Assembly (NCBI GenBank): GCA_950097015.1
Contig: CATNEN010000001.1
Span: forward strand, 6,510,001 to 6,574,000
Direction of reading: 5' to 3'
Source of the DNA: Macrostomum hystrix
Lineage: Eukaryota; Animalia; Platyhelminthes
Length of the DNA: 64,000 nucleotides
A program made the translations under genes and the position numbers. A model generated the notes under the pieces. The model was not told the DNA's origin. It did no database searches and worked only from the letters and a program-made list of their open reading frames with translations. Positions 46,497 to 57,900 of this stretch are shown here, piece after piece. Position 1 is the first letter of the stretch, and each line of letters opens with the position of its first letter.

Positions 46497-47094
46497 GGAC
46501 TAGCTTAGTTTCTTACGCGGAAATTCAGTGAGTACTCAATTCAAGTTTTTTAAACTGCAGTACAAGTCGTGTGCTGTCCTGTCAGTATGTTTTAAGACAT
46601 TTCGTTGCACAAAAAACGATTTAATATTATTTGACATACGTTGTTTTGAAAAAAACGCAATTACAATGCTAGGCAAATATTAAAACATTAAACAAAAATT
46701 ATTTTAAGCGCTGCAATACCTGGAATGACAGTTAAAATCACTAAATCTCAATTTTTAAGATTGCAAATAAAAAAGAGGTTTACTTTTACTAAACTGATCT
46801 AATTTGATTCAACCAATCACAAATGACTGCGAGTTCCATTGGATGTTGATGTAGATAACAAAACTTTTAAAAATATGTTTTGAAATAAAAATTTGACTGA
46901 CATCATTACACTTCAATAAAGATACAAAAAATGCGTTAAAAAGCTCAGAATGATACACATGTACAGAAACTCGAATGGGTTTTTCGACACATTTATAGCC
47001 GTCTTGTTGAAAAAATTCATTTGTTTGGAATAGTTACTCTATTAGTCAAGCAGTAATGCACGTTATACAACATAATTAAGTCTCTAAAGTGGCC

Positions 47095-47700
47095 ATACAA
47101 TCAGAATGATTCTGGTCATAAAATCTGAATGAGAACTGGTCATGCAATCAGAATGATTCTGGTCATAAAATCAGAATGATTCTGGTCATACAATCAGAAT
47201 GACTCTGGTCATACAATCTGAATGAGAACTGGTCATGCAATCAGAATGATTCTGGTCATACAATCAGAATGATTCTGGTCATACAATCAGAATGATTCTG
47301 GTCATACATACTGAATAATTCTGGTCATGCAATCAGAATGATTCTGGTCATGCAATCAGAATGATTCTGGTCATACAATCAGAATGATTCTGGTCATACA
47401 ATCGGAATGATTCTGGTCATACAATCAGGATTATTCTGGTCATACAATCGGAATGATTCTGGTCATACAATCAGAATGATTCTGGTCATACAATCGGAAT
47501 GATTCTGGTCATACAATCAGGATTATTCTGGTCATACAATCAGAATGATTCTGGTCATACAATCGGAATGATTCTGGTCATACAATCGGAATGATTCTGG
47601 TCATACAATCGGAATGATTCTGGTCATACAATCGGAATGATTCTGGTCATACAATCGGAATGATTCTGGTCATACAATCAGAATGATTCTGGTCATACAG
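47095..47700. repeat. 23-bp minisatellite (TACAATCAGAATGATTCTGGTCA)n
   Basis: Direct inspection; internal dyad CAGAAT-G-ATTCTG. Confidence 0.95.
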
Positions 47701-47819
47701 TCTGGATGAAATAATTGGTATGGCTCTATTCATATCCAGAAATGAAATTGGTCATAAGAGCTGAATGACACAATTCGGATGAATCTGTGGTCACTGTACA
47801 GGTTAATGAGCAGTCACCG

Positions 47820-49300
47820 CTAATCCTCTCTCGCCAGATCCTTAAACTCCTTCCAACTTTGTTCCAAATGAAACGACCATCGCCTAACATGCTGGGAAGT
47901 GTGCTCAACAGCCCTACTAATCATGTTGACGTAGAGCTCAAGATAATTCTTGGCGGGTTCGACGCTGATGCTGTGCTTCAGGCTGATCAAAGCAGACCTA
48001 GTAGCCAGTCGAACAGCCAGCAGCTGCTGTCGATGTTGCTTCTGTCGCCAGCTCAGGCCGCCGGCAACCGCCGTTATTAGTATTCTTCTTTGAAGGAACA
48101 TTGTGTCGAGTTGTTCTCGTTCGTCAGGTGCACCAGAATAGCTGTTCGATCCGAAATTGATTGGTTGCGTAACAACGAATTGCTGCCAATTGTTCAGGTA
48201 GGGTCGATACAATTGCTCAGGTGACAGAACTTCCAGGCCTGGAGTAACTGCGGGATTTGGGCGCTAAATTGTTAGACACGATACTTGTTAGACATGATAC
48301 TTGTTAGACACGATATTTGTTAGACAAGTTACTTGTTAGACACGATAATTATTAGACACGATACTTGTTAGACATGATACTTGTTAGACACGATACTTGT
48401 TAGACATGACACTTGTTAGACATGATACTTGTTAGACACGATACTTGTTAGACATGATACTTGTTAGACACAATAATTGTTAGACACGATACTTGTTAGA
48501 CAATTTACTTGTTAGACACGATTCTTATTCGACACGATACTTGTTAGACACGATACTTGTTAGACACGATAATTGTTATACAAGGTACTTGTTAGATATT
48601 ATAATTTTTAGATATGATACTTGTTAGACAAGACACTTGTTAGACACGATAATTGTTAGACATGATACTTGTTAGACATGACTGCTTATACTGTACCTGA
48701 ATAGGCTCCGTCCTCACTTTCCGAAAATCCAATATCAACTTCGGTGTCTGCTCCATCATGGTCGGTCGCCCTGAAGTCTTGATAAAGTTTAGCACGCAAA
48801 TTCTCAGGATTTACACCGGGATCTAGCGGAAACGCCACCTCATTGCCATAGACTATGGCTGGATTCGCTTGAGTGGAATCTCGACTCATGTTCATCAGCT
48901 GTCGTCGAGCAATCTCAGCTAATTGGCCATTGTTTTCTCTTGCCATTGTCTCCAAGTCAGCAATCCAACTGTCGCTTATCAACTGACCAATCGGGTTCAG
49001 CCGCTGTGTCAGCTCTGACATGAATCTTTGAAGCGCTTTCTGACGACATCCGCCAGATTGTACCAGATTGTCCATTGCCAAACGCAACAGTCGGGACTGT
49101 TGAATTTCGGTGAGTTTGGCGAAGCTCGGACAATGCTGGAGTGCTTGAGCAAGGCTTAGGCTTGGCAAATGATAGACTAGCATGCGGTGGGTGAAGACAA
49201 ACCCCAGTGGCTCCAGCTGATGTCGCGCTATCAACAAATCGTCGGGCGTCATCGCCAATGTTGCGGTGCCTTCGGCTTCATCGCGATCTGGTGTCGTCAT
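47820..49300 (-). CDS. Uncharacterised 340-aa protein (two coding exons)
   Basis: Exons 49300-48697 and 48238-47820 joined by a phase-1 GT-AG intron (1023 nt). Exon acceptor at 49318; a likely non-coding upstream exon at ~51025-50912. No family recognised. Confidence 0.7.
48269..48681. repeat. 16-bp minisatellite (TTGTTAGACACGATAC)n filling the orphan-gene intron
   Basis: Period 16 (48301 to 48317). Confidence 0.95.
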
Positions 49301-49756
49301 TTCTAGTGGATTGGAATCTAGAAAGAATTTATCAACATTTATATTGGTTCTAAGATTTCCTGTGCCCACTATTGTGCTTGAGTCAATGTGTCAGGTCTGA
49401 ATTTCCGGTGCATTCAACGCTGATCATGCCTATAACCGTTCGATTTAATTGATCTAATAAAAATTGCGTCAATGAGCTAATTGAAAGGTGGCTGCGATGC
49501 TTCCGAAACCAATTATTGGCTTCAAAACTCACGTATAATGAAATAAAAATAATTCCATGAGGGCTGAAGTCACTGGCACATTATGTCGTGACAGTCAACC
49601 CGCAGCAATTCTGCCTAAATTTCGCTGATGCCTAAACACACACCACACACTTAGTTTGTAAACTTGGCCAGTCAGCTTTAGTTCACTAATTATCCCACTG
49701 GCAAAGTAGTTAGTTACTTATCTTTTTAGCTCGTAACATATCCCCTGGGTTAAAGA

Positions 49757-50805
49757 AGTATCCCCTCAGTTAGAGAATTATCCCCTCAGTTAGTGAATTA
49801 TCCCCTCAGTTAGTGAATTATCCCCTCAGTTAGTGAATTATCCCCTCAGTTAGAGAATTATCCCCTCAGTTAGTGAATTATCCTCTCAGTTAGAGAATAA
49901 TCCTCTGAGAGAATTATCCCCTCAGTTGGAGAATTATCCCCTCAGTTAGAGAATTATCCTATCAGTTAGTGAATTATCCCCTTAGTTAGTGAATTATCCC
50001 CTCAGTTAGAGAATTATCCCCTCAGTTAGTGAATTATCCCCTCAGTTAGAGAATTATCCCCTCAGTTAGAGAATTATCCCCTCAGTTAGAGAATTATCCC
50101 CTCAGTTAGAGAATTATCCCCTCAGTTAGAGAATTATCCCCTCAGTTAGTGAATTATCCTCTGAGAGAATTATCCCCTCAGTTGGAGAATTATCCCCTCA
50201 GTGAATTATCCCCTCAGTTAGAAAATTATCCCCTTAGTTAGAGAATTATCCCAGACGAGCCTCTTTCTTCCCCAGCGAGGAACAAGCTGCAGGAAGGACC
50301 GAACACGGACCTCCCTGACTGGCCCCGCGCCATCGGCCGATTGCGGGTCTTTCAGGGATTAGCGGAATGGGCGACTCCCGCCTCCCCGCTGCGTCCGTCG
50401 GACCGCCCTGCAGATAAGTCAAGTAAGTCAAGTAGAGAATTATCCCCTCAGTTAGTGAATTATCCCCTCAGTTAGAGAATTATCCCCTCAGTTAGAGAAT
50501 TATCCCCTCAGTTAGTGAATTATCCCCTCAGTTAGTGAATTATCCCCTCAGTTAGTGAATTATCCCCTCAGTTAGTGAATTATCCCCTCAGTTAGAGAAT
50601 TATCCCCTCAGTTAGTGAATTATCCTCTGAGAGAATTATCCCCTCAGTTAGAGAATTATACCCTCAGTTAGAGAATTATACCCTCAGTTAGAGAATTATC
50701 CCCTCAGTTAGAGAATTATCCCCTCAGTTAGAGAATTATCCCCTCAGTTAGTGAATTATCCTCTGAGAGAATTATCCCCTCAGTTAGAGAATTATCCCAC
50801 TTAGT
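49757..50805. repeat. 20-bp minisatellite (GAGAATTATCCCCTCAGTTA)n interrupted by a retroposon
   Basis: Direct inspection. Confidence 0.96.
50253..50433 (+). mobile_element. 5'-truncated non-LTR retroposon insertion (181 bp)
   Basis: GC-rich body, tandem tail AAGTCAAGT-AAGTCAAGT, 13-14-bp TSD (T)AGAGAATTATCCC at 50240-50252 and 50434-50446. Confidence 0.85.
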
Positions 50806-53459
50806 TAGAAAAAATTCTCCTCATTTCTCAACTTATCTCCATCGTGTGCTGTACGATATTCAATAATTTTAGCAAAATGATCCTAAAAAGGACACAATAT
50901 AATATATTTACCTGTTATTTTTTAGCTCATTGATTGTCAACATCAACTGTCCTTCAGTCAATCAATGTCAGATGCGATAATTTTTTCCGAATGCGCACTG
51001 TTCCAATGTTCGTCCAGATTAATGCTGAAATTGTAATTTAGCTCGTAATAGATTATAGGTATATTATCGATCGAGTAAAATAGTAATTAACTCGATTCGT
51101 AAAGCTAAAATGGAAGGGAATTAACTTGTATTTGCCGTTGATTAGTAGCACTGCCACATGCATGTAACATCAATTCTGGGTGTTTCATCCATTGGCTATA
51201 TGCAAGAGACGAAAATCAATGTACAGTTGTGTAAAGCTTTTCTGCATGCAGTCCCTCTTATTCTCTCCCTTCAAAATCATTTTCTCTTTCTCTTTCTTTC
51301 CTCTAAAGCTCGTTGCTATGAACAGTCAAACCAGCCGTGAGTTATTTATAGCTATAGCTGGGGTTTGAAATCTCTGTACTTTTGTTCGTTCAAAGCCTCG
51401 CCCTATATAACGCTTTGACCAGCAATCGGACGAGACTGCAGGAAAGGAAAATTTACGAGTGGATAACGTACACTCATTTCTTTCTGGCTTTCTTGTACGA
51501 GTACAATTTTCTTGTACAAAATCTATACAGTTAAATATCTTGACAGGGTAGATTTATGAAACTTTACAAATTATTCGCTGATGGAAGAAATTTAATTGGG
51601 ATGATGTGATGGCCTCACCAGTCCATTGACTGGAAAGCTGTACGAGGTACACAGCTTTCGAAAGTGCCGAGAAATACTGCGGCGTGCCTATGCCAACTGG
51701 TTGTACATTATGCTCTGATCATTTAGTTTAAATTTATAAACTTACAAGTTCAATGGCACCTGTCAAGGTTTTCACATGACGAGAGAGCGCACTGTGACAA
51801 TTTTCCTCCATGCATAAATTTCGCATAGAGATCGCATTTGCCGACATAAGTAGGTAATTGGGCACGGTTTCTGTATACAATTTATGATCGTAGGTTTACG
51901 GTTCACGACGAATAAGTTACATTTTCAACAGAGAATTATAATTGTCACCCCAATTTTACAGTGGCAAATATAAGGGTGGGTGGCTAGAGATGGGTGGCAA
52001 TAATATAAGCGAGAGACTCTATATTTTTGAAGAGATGCTCAATGGACCCCCTAATCCGGACTCGATCACTGACAGCGATTGCAGCCTAAGTTAAGCACGC
52101 CCAATGCTCTTGAAGTACATAAATGATGAGCCTAAAACTGCACAGCAGATTACAGCTGTGGCCACGGCTAATTATTCTACATAAATTTAAGCAGCCTCTA
52201 GAAGCGAACAAAGCGGACCAAATCTTAAGTATATTGCAACATGGCCAGTGTCAAAGAGACTTTTATATTAGGCGGACTTTGAAATCCCATACGATCTAAT
52301 ATATGACTGCAGACAAAAACTATTTTTTTCTCTGCTAGTTGTCAGTAGATTTAAATGCATTACGAGTTCAATCTCAACTCTCAAGAGTCAAGACTAACTG
52401 TTAATTAAAGCAGACGTACTCTGTCTTCCACAAAAGATTTTAATTCTAAGTCAAAGTCATAAATCTACATGGTCAGCTCGCAGGCTTAACTAGCGTGCTA
52501 TATCCGCATTTAGCAAATGGGACGCTAGCTTAGTTAGAAAATCTTGTTCGGATTTTTTAGTAAATATTTTTGCTTTTGTGTATTAAAATATAATATATAT
52601 GCTAAAATAAGTGACGTCAATTTTGCTCTTTTGTTTTACTCATTAGCAGCAGACCGATTCCTTGGAGAATTTAACTTGTGCGCGGTGTTATAATTAAATA
52701 CGGTGCAATTGCGATATCGGGAGTTGAAATTAATTGCTTTTCAGCCTTTGTATAAAAATAAATATGTAAATAAGTTTAAATATATTTAACTTACATTGGA
52801 CTCTTTTTAAATTTATAGAAGCATCACCTCTAGGTTATATTATGGTTTTTCTTATCTGCTTGCTTTTTATTATAAAAGATGTACATTTATTAATGAAAAG
52901 TGTAAGTATTAAGTTATCTTTATTAAAAAAAGACATAAATGTAAAATTTTTGGTATGAAAATTTAATATTTAAAGTAAATTAAAGCCACAAAGAAGCTTT
53001 AGACTCATGCTGGTTTTAAGAGCTGCAATTGCAGAGGGCAATATTGTTCGTAATATATATATATATATTTATATAATATATATATAATACGAACAATATA
53101 TATATATGACTAGACACATGGTTTCCTATTAAAATTATAATGCCTTTTCCTGACATTGGCATACCCTATCTGTCTTTCAAACAGACTTATATTTGTATGA
53201 TCTAAATTGTTTCCCTATCTCTTTAAGCTAATTTCTTGTCCTCAAACTGAAACTATAATGTACTAGTTTCCCATTTAAGACCTTCCCATTAATGAGATTC
53301 CTATTTTACTACAATCAATAAAACAGAAATTGTATAAAAACAGAGTTGTCAAAAATTTATTTCAAACAACATTATTGTTCTTCTGCGACAAAAAGATAAA
53401 AAGTTTGTTCCCTTGATAATGCATGTGGCGATTGGATTTAAATTATACTTTTTAGTTAC

Positions 53460-53656
53460 TATGTATGTGTATAAATATGTATACATATATAAATATAGAT
53501 ATATATTTGTATTTGTATAGTATTGTATATCTTATATATACATATACATATACATATGTATACATATACATGTACATATGCATATACACTTATATATATA
53601 TGTATACATATATACATATATACATCATATATACATTATATAAACGTTATATATAA
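53460..53656. repeat. Imperfect (AT)/(ACAT)-rich microsatellite
   Basis: Direct inspection. Confidence 0.9.
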
Positions 53657-54404
53657 AATTTTGACGTTATGTTTAAAAACTTAGTTTTTCCATTTTTTGT
53701 AATATGGAGTTGTTACTGAAGTTTTAACTTTAACTATTTTGCTACTTTGGGTAGTCAAGTTAGAGTTTGAAATTGTGCCTCTAAAAGTGGTGATGATCAT
53801 ATTTGTACAAAATCTCGTTACAAATTGCATTTAAGGATTTTTTTCTAAAGTTGTAAGTTTGAGACGCTTCAAGTGGAGATAGATAGGAAGTAAAAATTGC
53901 AATCTTGTTCTTGTGTTACACAAAAAAATCGATGTTTTCATTTATTACTAACCCTAAATGCGTGTACAGTAGCTCTTGTGAAAAAAAACTGATTTAAAGA
54001 GACGATTTTTTAATTACACGGGCTCGCATGATCATACACACCATTTACTAATGTGAACTTATGCTTATTAAAAGTGTAGATTAAACGAAAAAATGAACAA
54101 ACGGTGGTAGAACTTACCTGGATATTTTCTCAGGCATTGTTCTGAAAAAAAACTGCAGATTTTAATCAAATAGAAAATCGTTTATGCGCCTGCAAATCTG
54201 ATCAATTGGATCTTCCATTTGACGCAAACGTTTGTAATAAATAATGTTTTCACTGTCACGGCACCGCATTTATACCAGTGCGGGCAGGTCTAAAAACTCC
54301 GGATCTTCCGCGCCATGCAGCCTTCCTGGGTCCCACGTTCAGCTCAACTCTCCCACTCTTCAACTCTATAAAATTTTTGCGCAATTTTCCTACCCCACTT
54401 AACC

Positions 54405-54418
54405 GTTGCTATGGAAAC
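54405..54418. promoter_or_regulatory. RFX X-box
   Basis: GTTGCTATGGAAAC fits the GTNRCY-N-RGNAAC consensus, ~510 bp upstream of the ANKAR-like ATG. Confidence 0.75.
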
Positions 54419-54926
54419 CGGAAAAATGCAGCACTTTAAAAAAAACCAATGGGAGAGAGAAACAGACAGAGAGATATAATTTGGGAGAGGCACATTGGAC
54501 GGGGCATTTTTGTTGCCAAGAGTGAGGCCGACTGCATCATACTCAGGATGGAAACAAAAGAGATAGAAGGGCCATTAGAATGAGTGCTGTCCCATTGTTT
54601 AGCTTTCAGCAGGGTTAGGAGAGTACAGACTTTCATGACCGCGAGCGATCGATTGGGCAAACCAACAGGTGCGCATATTTTGCATGGGGGGATAGAGTTG
54701 CCTATGGGAAGATATGACTCTTTGGGATGATATTTTGAGGCAGGGGGTTATTCATGGGACGAAATGTTTGGGGGAGGCAGTAAGTGAACTTGGATTTCAT
54801 GATCGCTCCCTATTTTACTGGGGCCACATCTTTTTCCTCTAAAAAATCTTGAAAGCAGATAAACATCGCGAATTTAAGCGACTGTAGAACTTTACAACTG
54901 AAATAGTTCACTTCATTTAAACAAAC

Positions 54927-57900
54927 ATGTTAAAAAAGCACATTGGTGGAAAGGACATGTTTAAGAACATGTAAGCGTTGTGTTCTTGGCTGCCAAACAA
55001 ACAAGCAATTCAGTTATAACACGTAAAACATTTTATTCTAGCTTTCCAAATCTTGAATCCTTTCAGCGCCACCCAGGTACTCGTGGCGAAGAACACGAAG
55101 AATTTGTTCAACGCCAACACATTGCGCAACATTCAACAATATTACGCAACTATGAACGAATACGACGAGCATGGCTGGGCGCTGATTCATCATTCGGCGC
55201 AGAAATCGCTGTTAAAATCGATCGAGAAATTTGTCCAGACCAATCGGAATCAATTGGAGCTTGAGACTAAGGATGAGAACAGGTACACCGCATTGCTAGT
55301 GGCGGTCAAGTTTGGCCAGTTGACAGCTGTCAAACTGCTGACAGACCTCGGCTCCCAGCTCGATGCCACCACTGCTCAGGGTTTGAACGCTGTCGAATTA
55401 GCTACCAGCGAGGGTCACGTGGATATTGTGGAATATTTTGTCACTCTGAATTCTGCTAAGCTAAAACCGTGGCCGATTTTGTTTAAATTGTTGGCTTCAT
55501 TGGCTGAAGATGATGTCTACACAGCGGCGCGGTGTTTGAAGCCGCTACTGCAGGTGAGGAATGAACTGGAATGGGAAGTGGAAGGAAGAAGAATCGGGAA
55601 GTAAAGAAGCAAAGAAAGCAGTCATGAGTAATGAAGACAGAGAAAGATGAGGGGAGAGAGGGGAAGATGAGGAGGGAGAGGGGAAGATGAGGAGGGAGAG
55701 GGAAAGATGAAGAGGGAGAGGGGAAGATGAGGAGGGAGAGGGGAAGATGAGGAGGGAGAGGGAAAGATGAGGAGGGAGAGGTAAAAATGAGGAGGGAGAG
55801 GGAAAGATGAGGAGGGAGAGGGGAAGATGAGGAGGGGGAGGGAAAGATGAGGATGGAGAGGGGAAGATGAGGAGGGGGAGGGAAAGATGAGGATGGAGAG
55901 GGAAAGATGAGGAGGGAGAGGGGAAGATGAGGAGGGAGAGGGGAAGATGAGGAGGGAGAGGGGAAGATGAGGAGGGAGAGGGGAAGATGAGGAGGGAGAG
56001 GGAAAGATGAGGAGGGAGAGGGAAAGATGAGGAGGGAGAGGGAAAGATGAGGAGGGAGAGGGAAAGATGAGGAGGGAGAGGGGAAGATGAGGAGGGAGAG
56101 GGAAAGATGAGGAGGGAGAGGGGAAGATGAGGAGGGAGTTGGGAAGATGAGGAGGGAGAGGGAAAGATGAGGAGGGAGAGGGGAAGATGAGGAGGGAGAG
56201 GGAAAGATGAGGAGGGAGAGGGGAAGATGAGGAGGGAGTTGGGAAGATGAGGAGGGAGAGGGGAAGATGAGGAGGGAGAGGGGAAGATGAGGAGGGGGAG
56301 GAAAAGATGAGGAGGGAGAGGGAAAGATGAGGAGGGAGAGGGAAAGATGAGGAGGGAGAGGGAAAGATGAGGAGGGAGAGGGGAAGATGAGGCCGGAGGG
56401 TAAATTCTATTCCCAAGCACCCGAACTCAATTCCGTCAGGAGCGGCCAGACGGCAGTGTGAGTCGGCACTGGGAGGCGGCCCTCGACAATGGCCTGGTCC
56501 CGGCTGTTGTGGCGTCACTGCGCAATGACATCGACACCCGAGCCAAGCTGACCAGCCTGCGGCTGCTGCTCCACCTGACTCCGGCCCCGGCTGTCCAAGC
56601 TGCCATCCTGACTCATCCGGACGCTCTCAGTGCGTTGAATCGTCTAGTTGAGTCGGCGGCGGCTCAGCCCAGCCAATCGCCGAACGGAGCCGCCCTGCTA
56701 AGAATTCTCGGCCGTTGCTACCGGATTCTATCCGACTCGAAGCCTGAACAGGCCACCGCTTGCGTCAAGGCTGGCGGGCTGGCTGCTCTCTGCCGCTGCC
56801 TCGGCTTCCTGTCTGGCGAGTCCGAGCCGGACGCTCTAGCTGAAGTCGTCGAAGCCATCGGAGCCATGGTTAAGGTGGGTTCATCGCCAGCTGCGACGCA
56901 GAAATATTGCCTCACTACCTACTACTCACTCAATCAGTTTCCTCTCTCCCCTCTCCTCTCTCCTCTGTCCTCTCTCCTCTGTCCTCTCTCCTCTGTGCTC
57001 TCTCCTCTGTCCTCTCTCCTTTTGTCCTCTCTCCTCTGTGCTCTCTCCTCTGTCCTCTCTCCTTTTGTCCTCTCTCCTCTGTGCTCTCTCCTCTGTCCTC
57101 TCTCCTCTGTCCTCTCTCCTCTGTGCTCTCTCCTCTGTCCTCTCTCCTTTTGTCCTCTCTCCTCTGTGCTCTCTCCTCTGTCCTCTCTCCTTTTGTCCTC
57201 TCTCCTCTGTGCTCTCTCCTCTGTCCTCTCTCTTTCTGTCCTCTCTCCTCTGTGCTCTCTCCTCTGTCCTCTCTCCTCTGTGCTCTCTCCTCTGTCCTCT
57301 CTCCTCTGTCCTCTCTCCTTATGTCCTCTCTCCTCTGTCCTCTCTCCTCTGTCCTCTCTCTTTCTGTCCTCTCTCCTCTGTGCTCTCTCCTTCTGTCCTC
57401 TCTCCTCTGTGCTCTCTCCTCTGTCCTCTCTCCTTATGTCCTCTCTCCTTATGTCCTCTCTCCTTATGCCCTCTCTCCTCTGTCCTCTCTCTTTCTGTCC
57501 TCTCTCCTCTGTTCTCTCTCCTCTGTCCTCTCTCCTCTGTCCTCTCTCCTTATGCCCTCTCTCCTCTGTCCTCTCTCCTCTGTGCTCTCTCCTTCTGTCC
57601 TCTCTCCTTATGTCCTCTCTCCTTATGTCCTCTCTCCTCTGTCCTCTCTCCTCTCTCCACTCTCTCTTCTCTCATTTCTCTCTCCTCTTGTCTCCATATT
57701 CTAAACGCTAAAGTTCCTAGTAAAATTGGATTCCCTCAGAAGAACGGCAGTCACCAGTCGCTGGTGCACAAAGAATCCGCCACTATTCGCCAGCTGGTGT
57801 CCTTCTATCGCCGCAGGGCAGACGGAGAGCCGTGCCTGCACAAGGGCCTGCTTTTCGCCCTGACCCACTGCGTGTCCTCTTTGGCCGATGGACACCGGGG

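Noticed and set aside
51430-52350. Moderate-GC block that might be a decayed transposon or pseudogene
   Set aside because: No ORF, no recognisable motif and no convincing termini.
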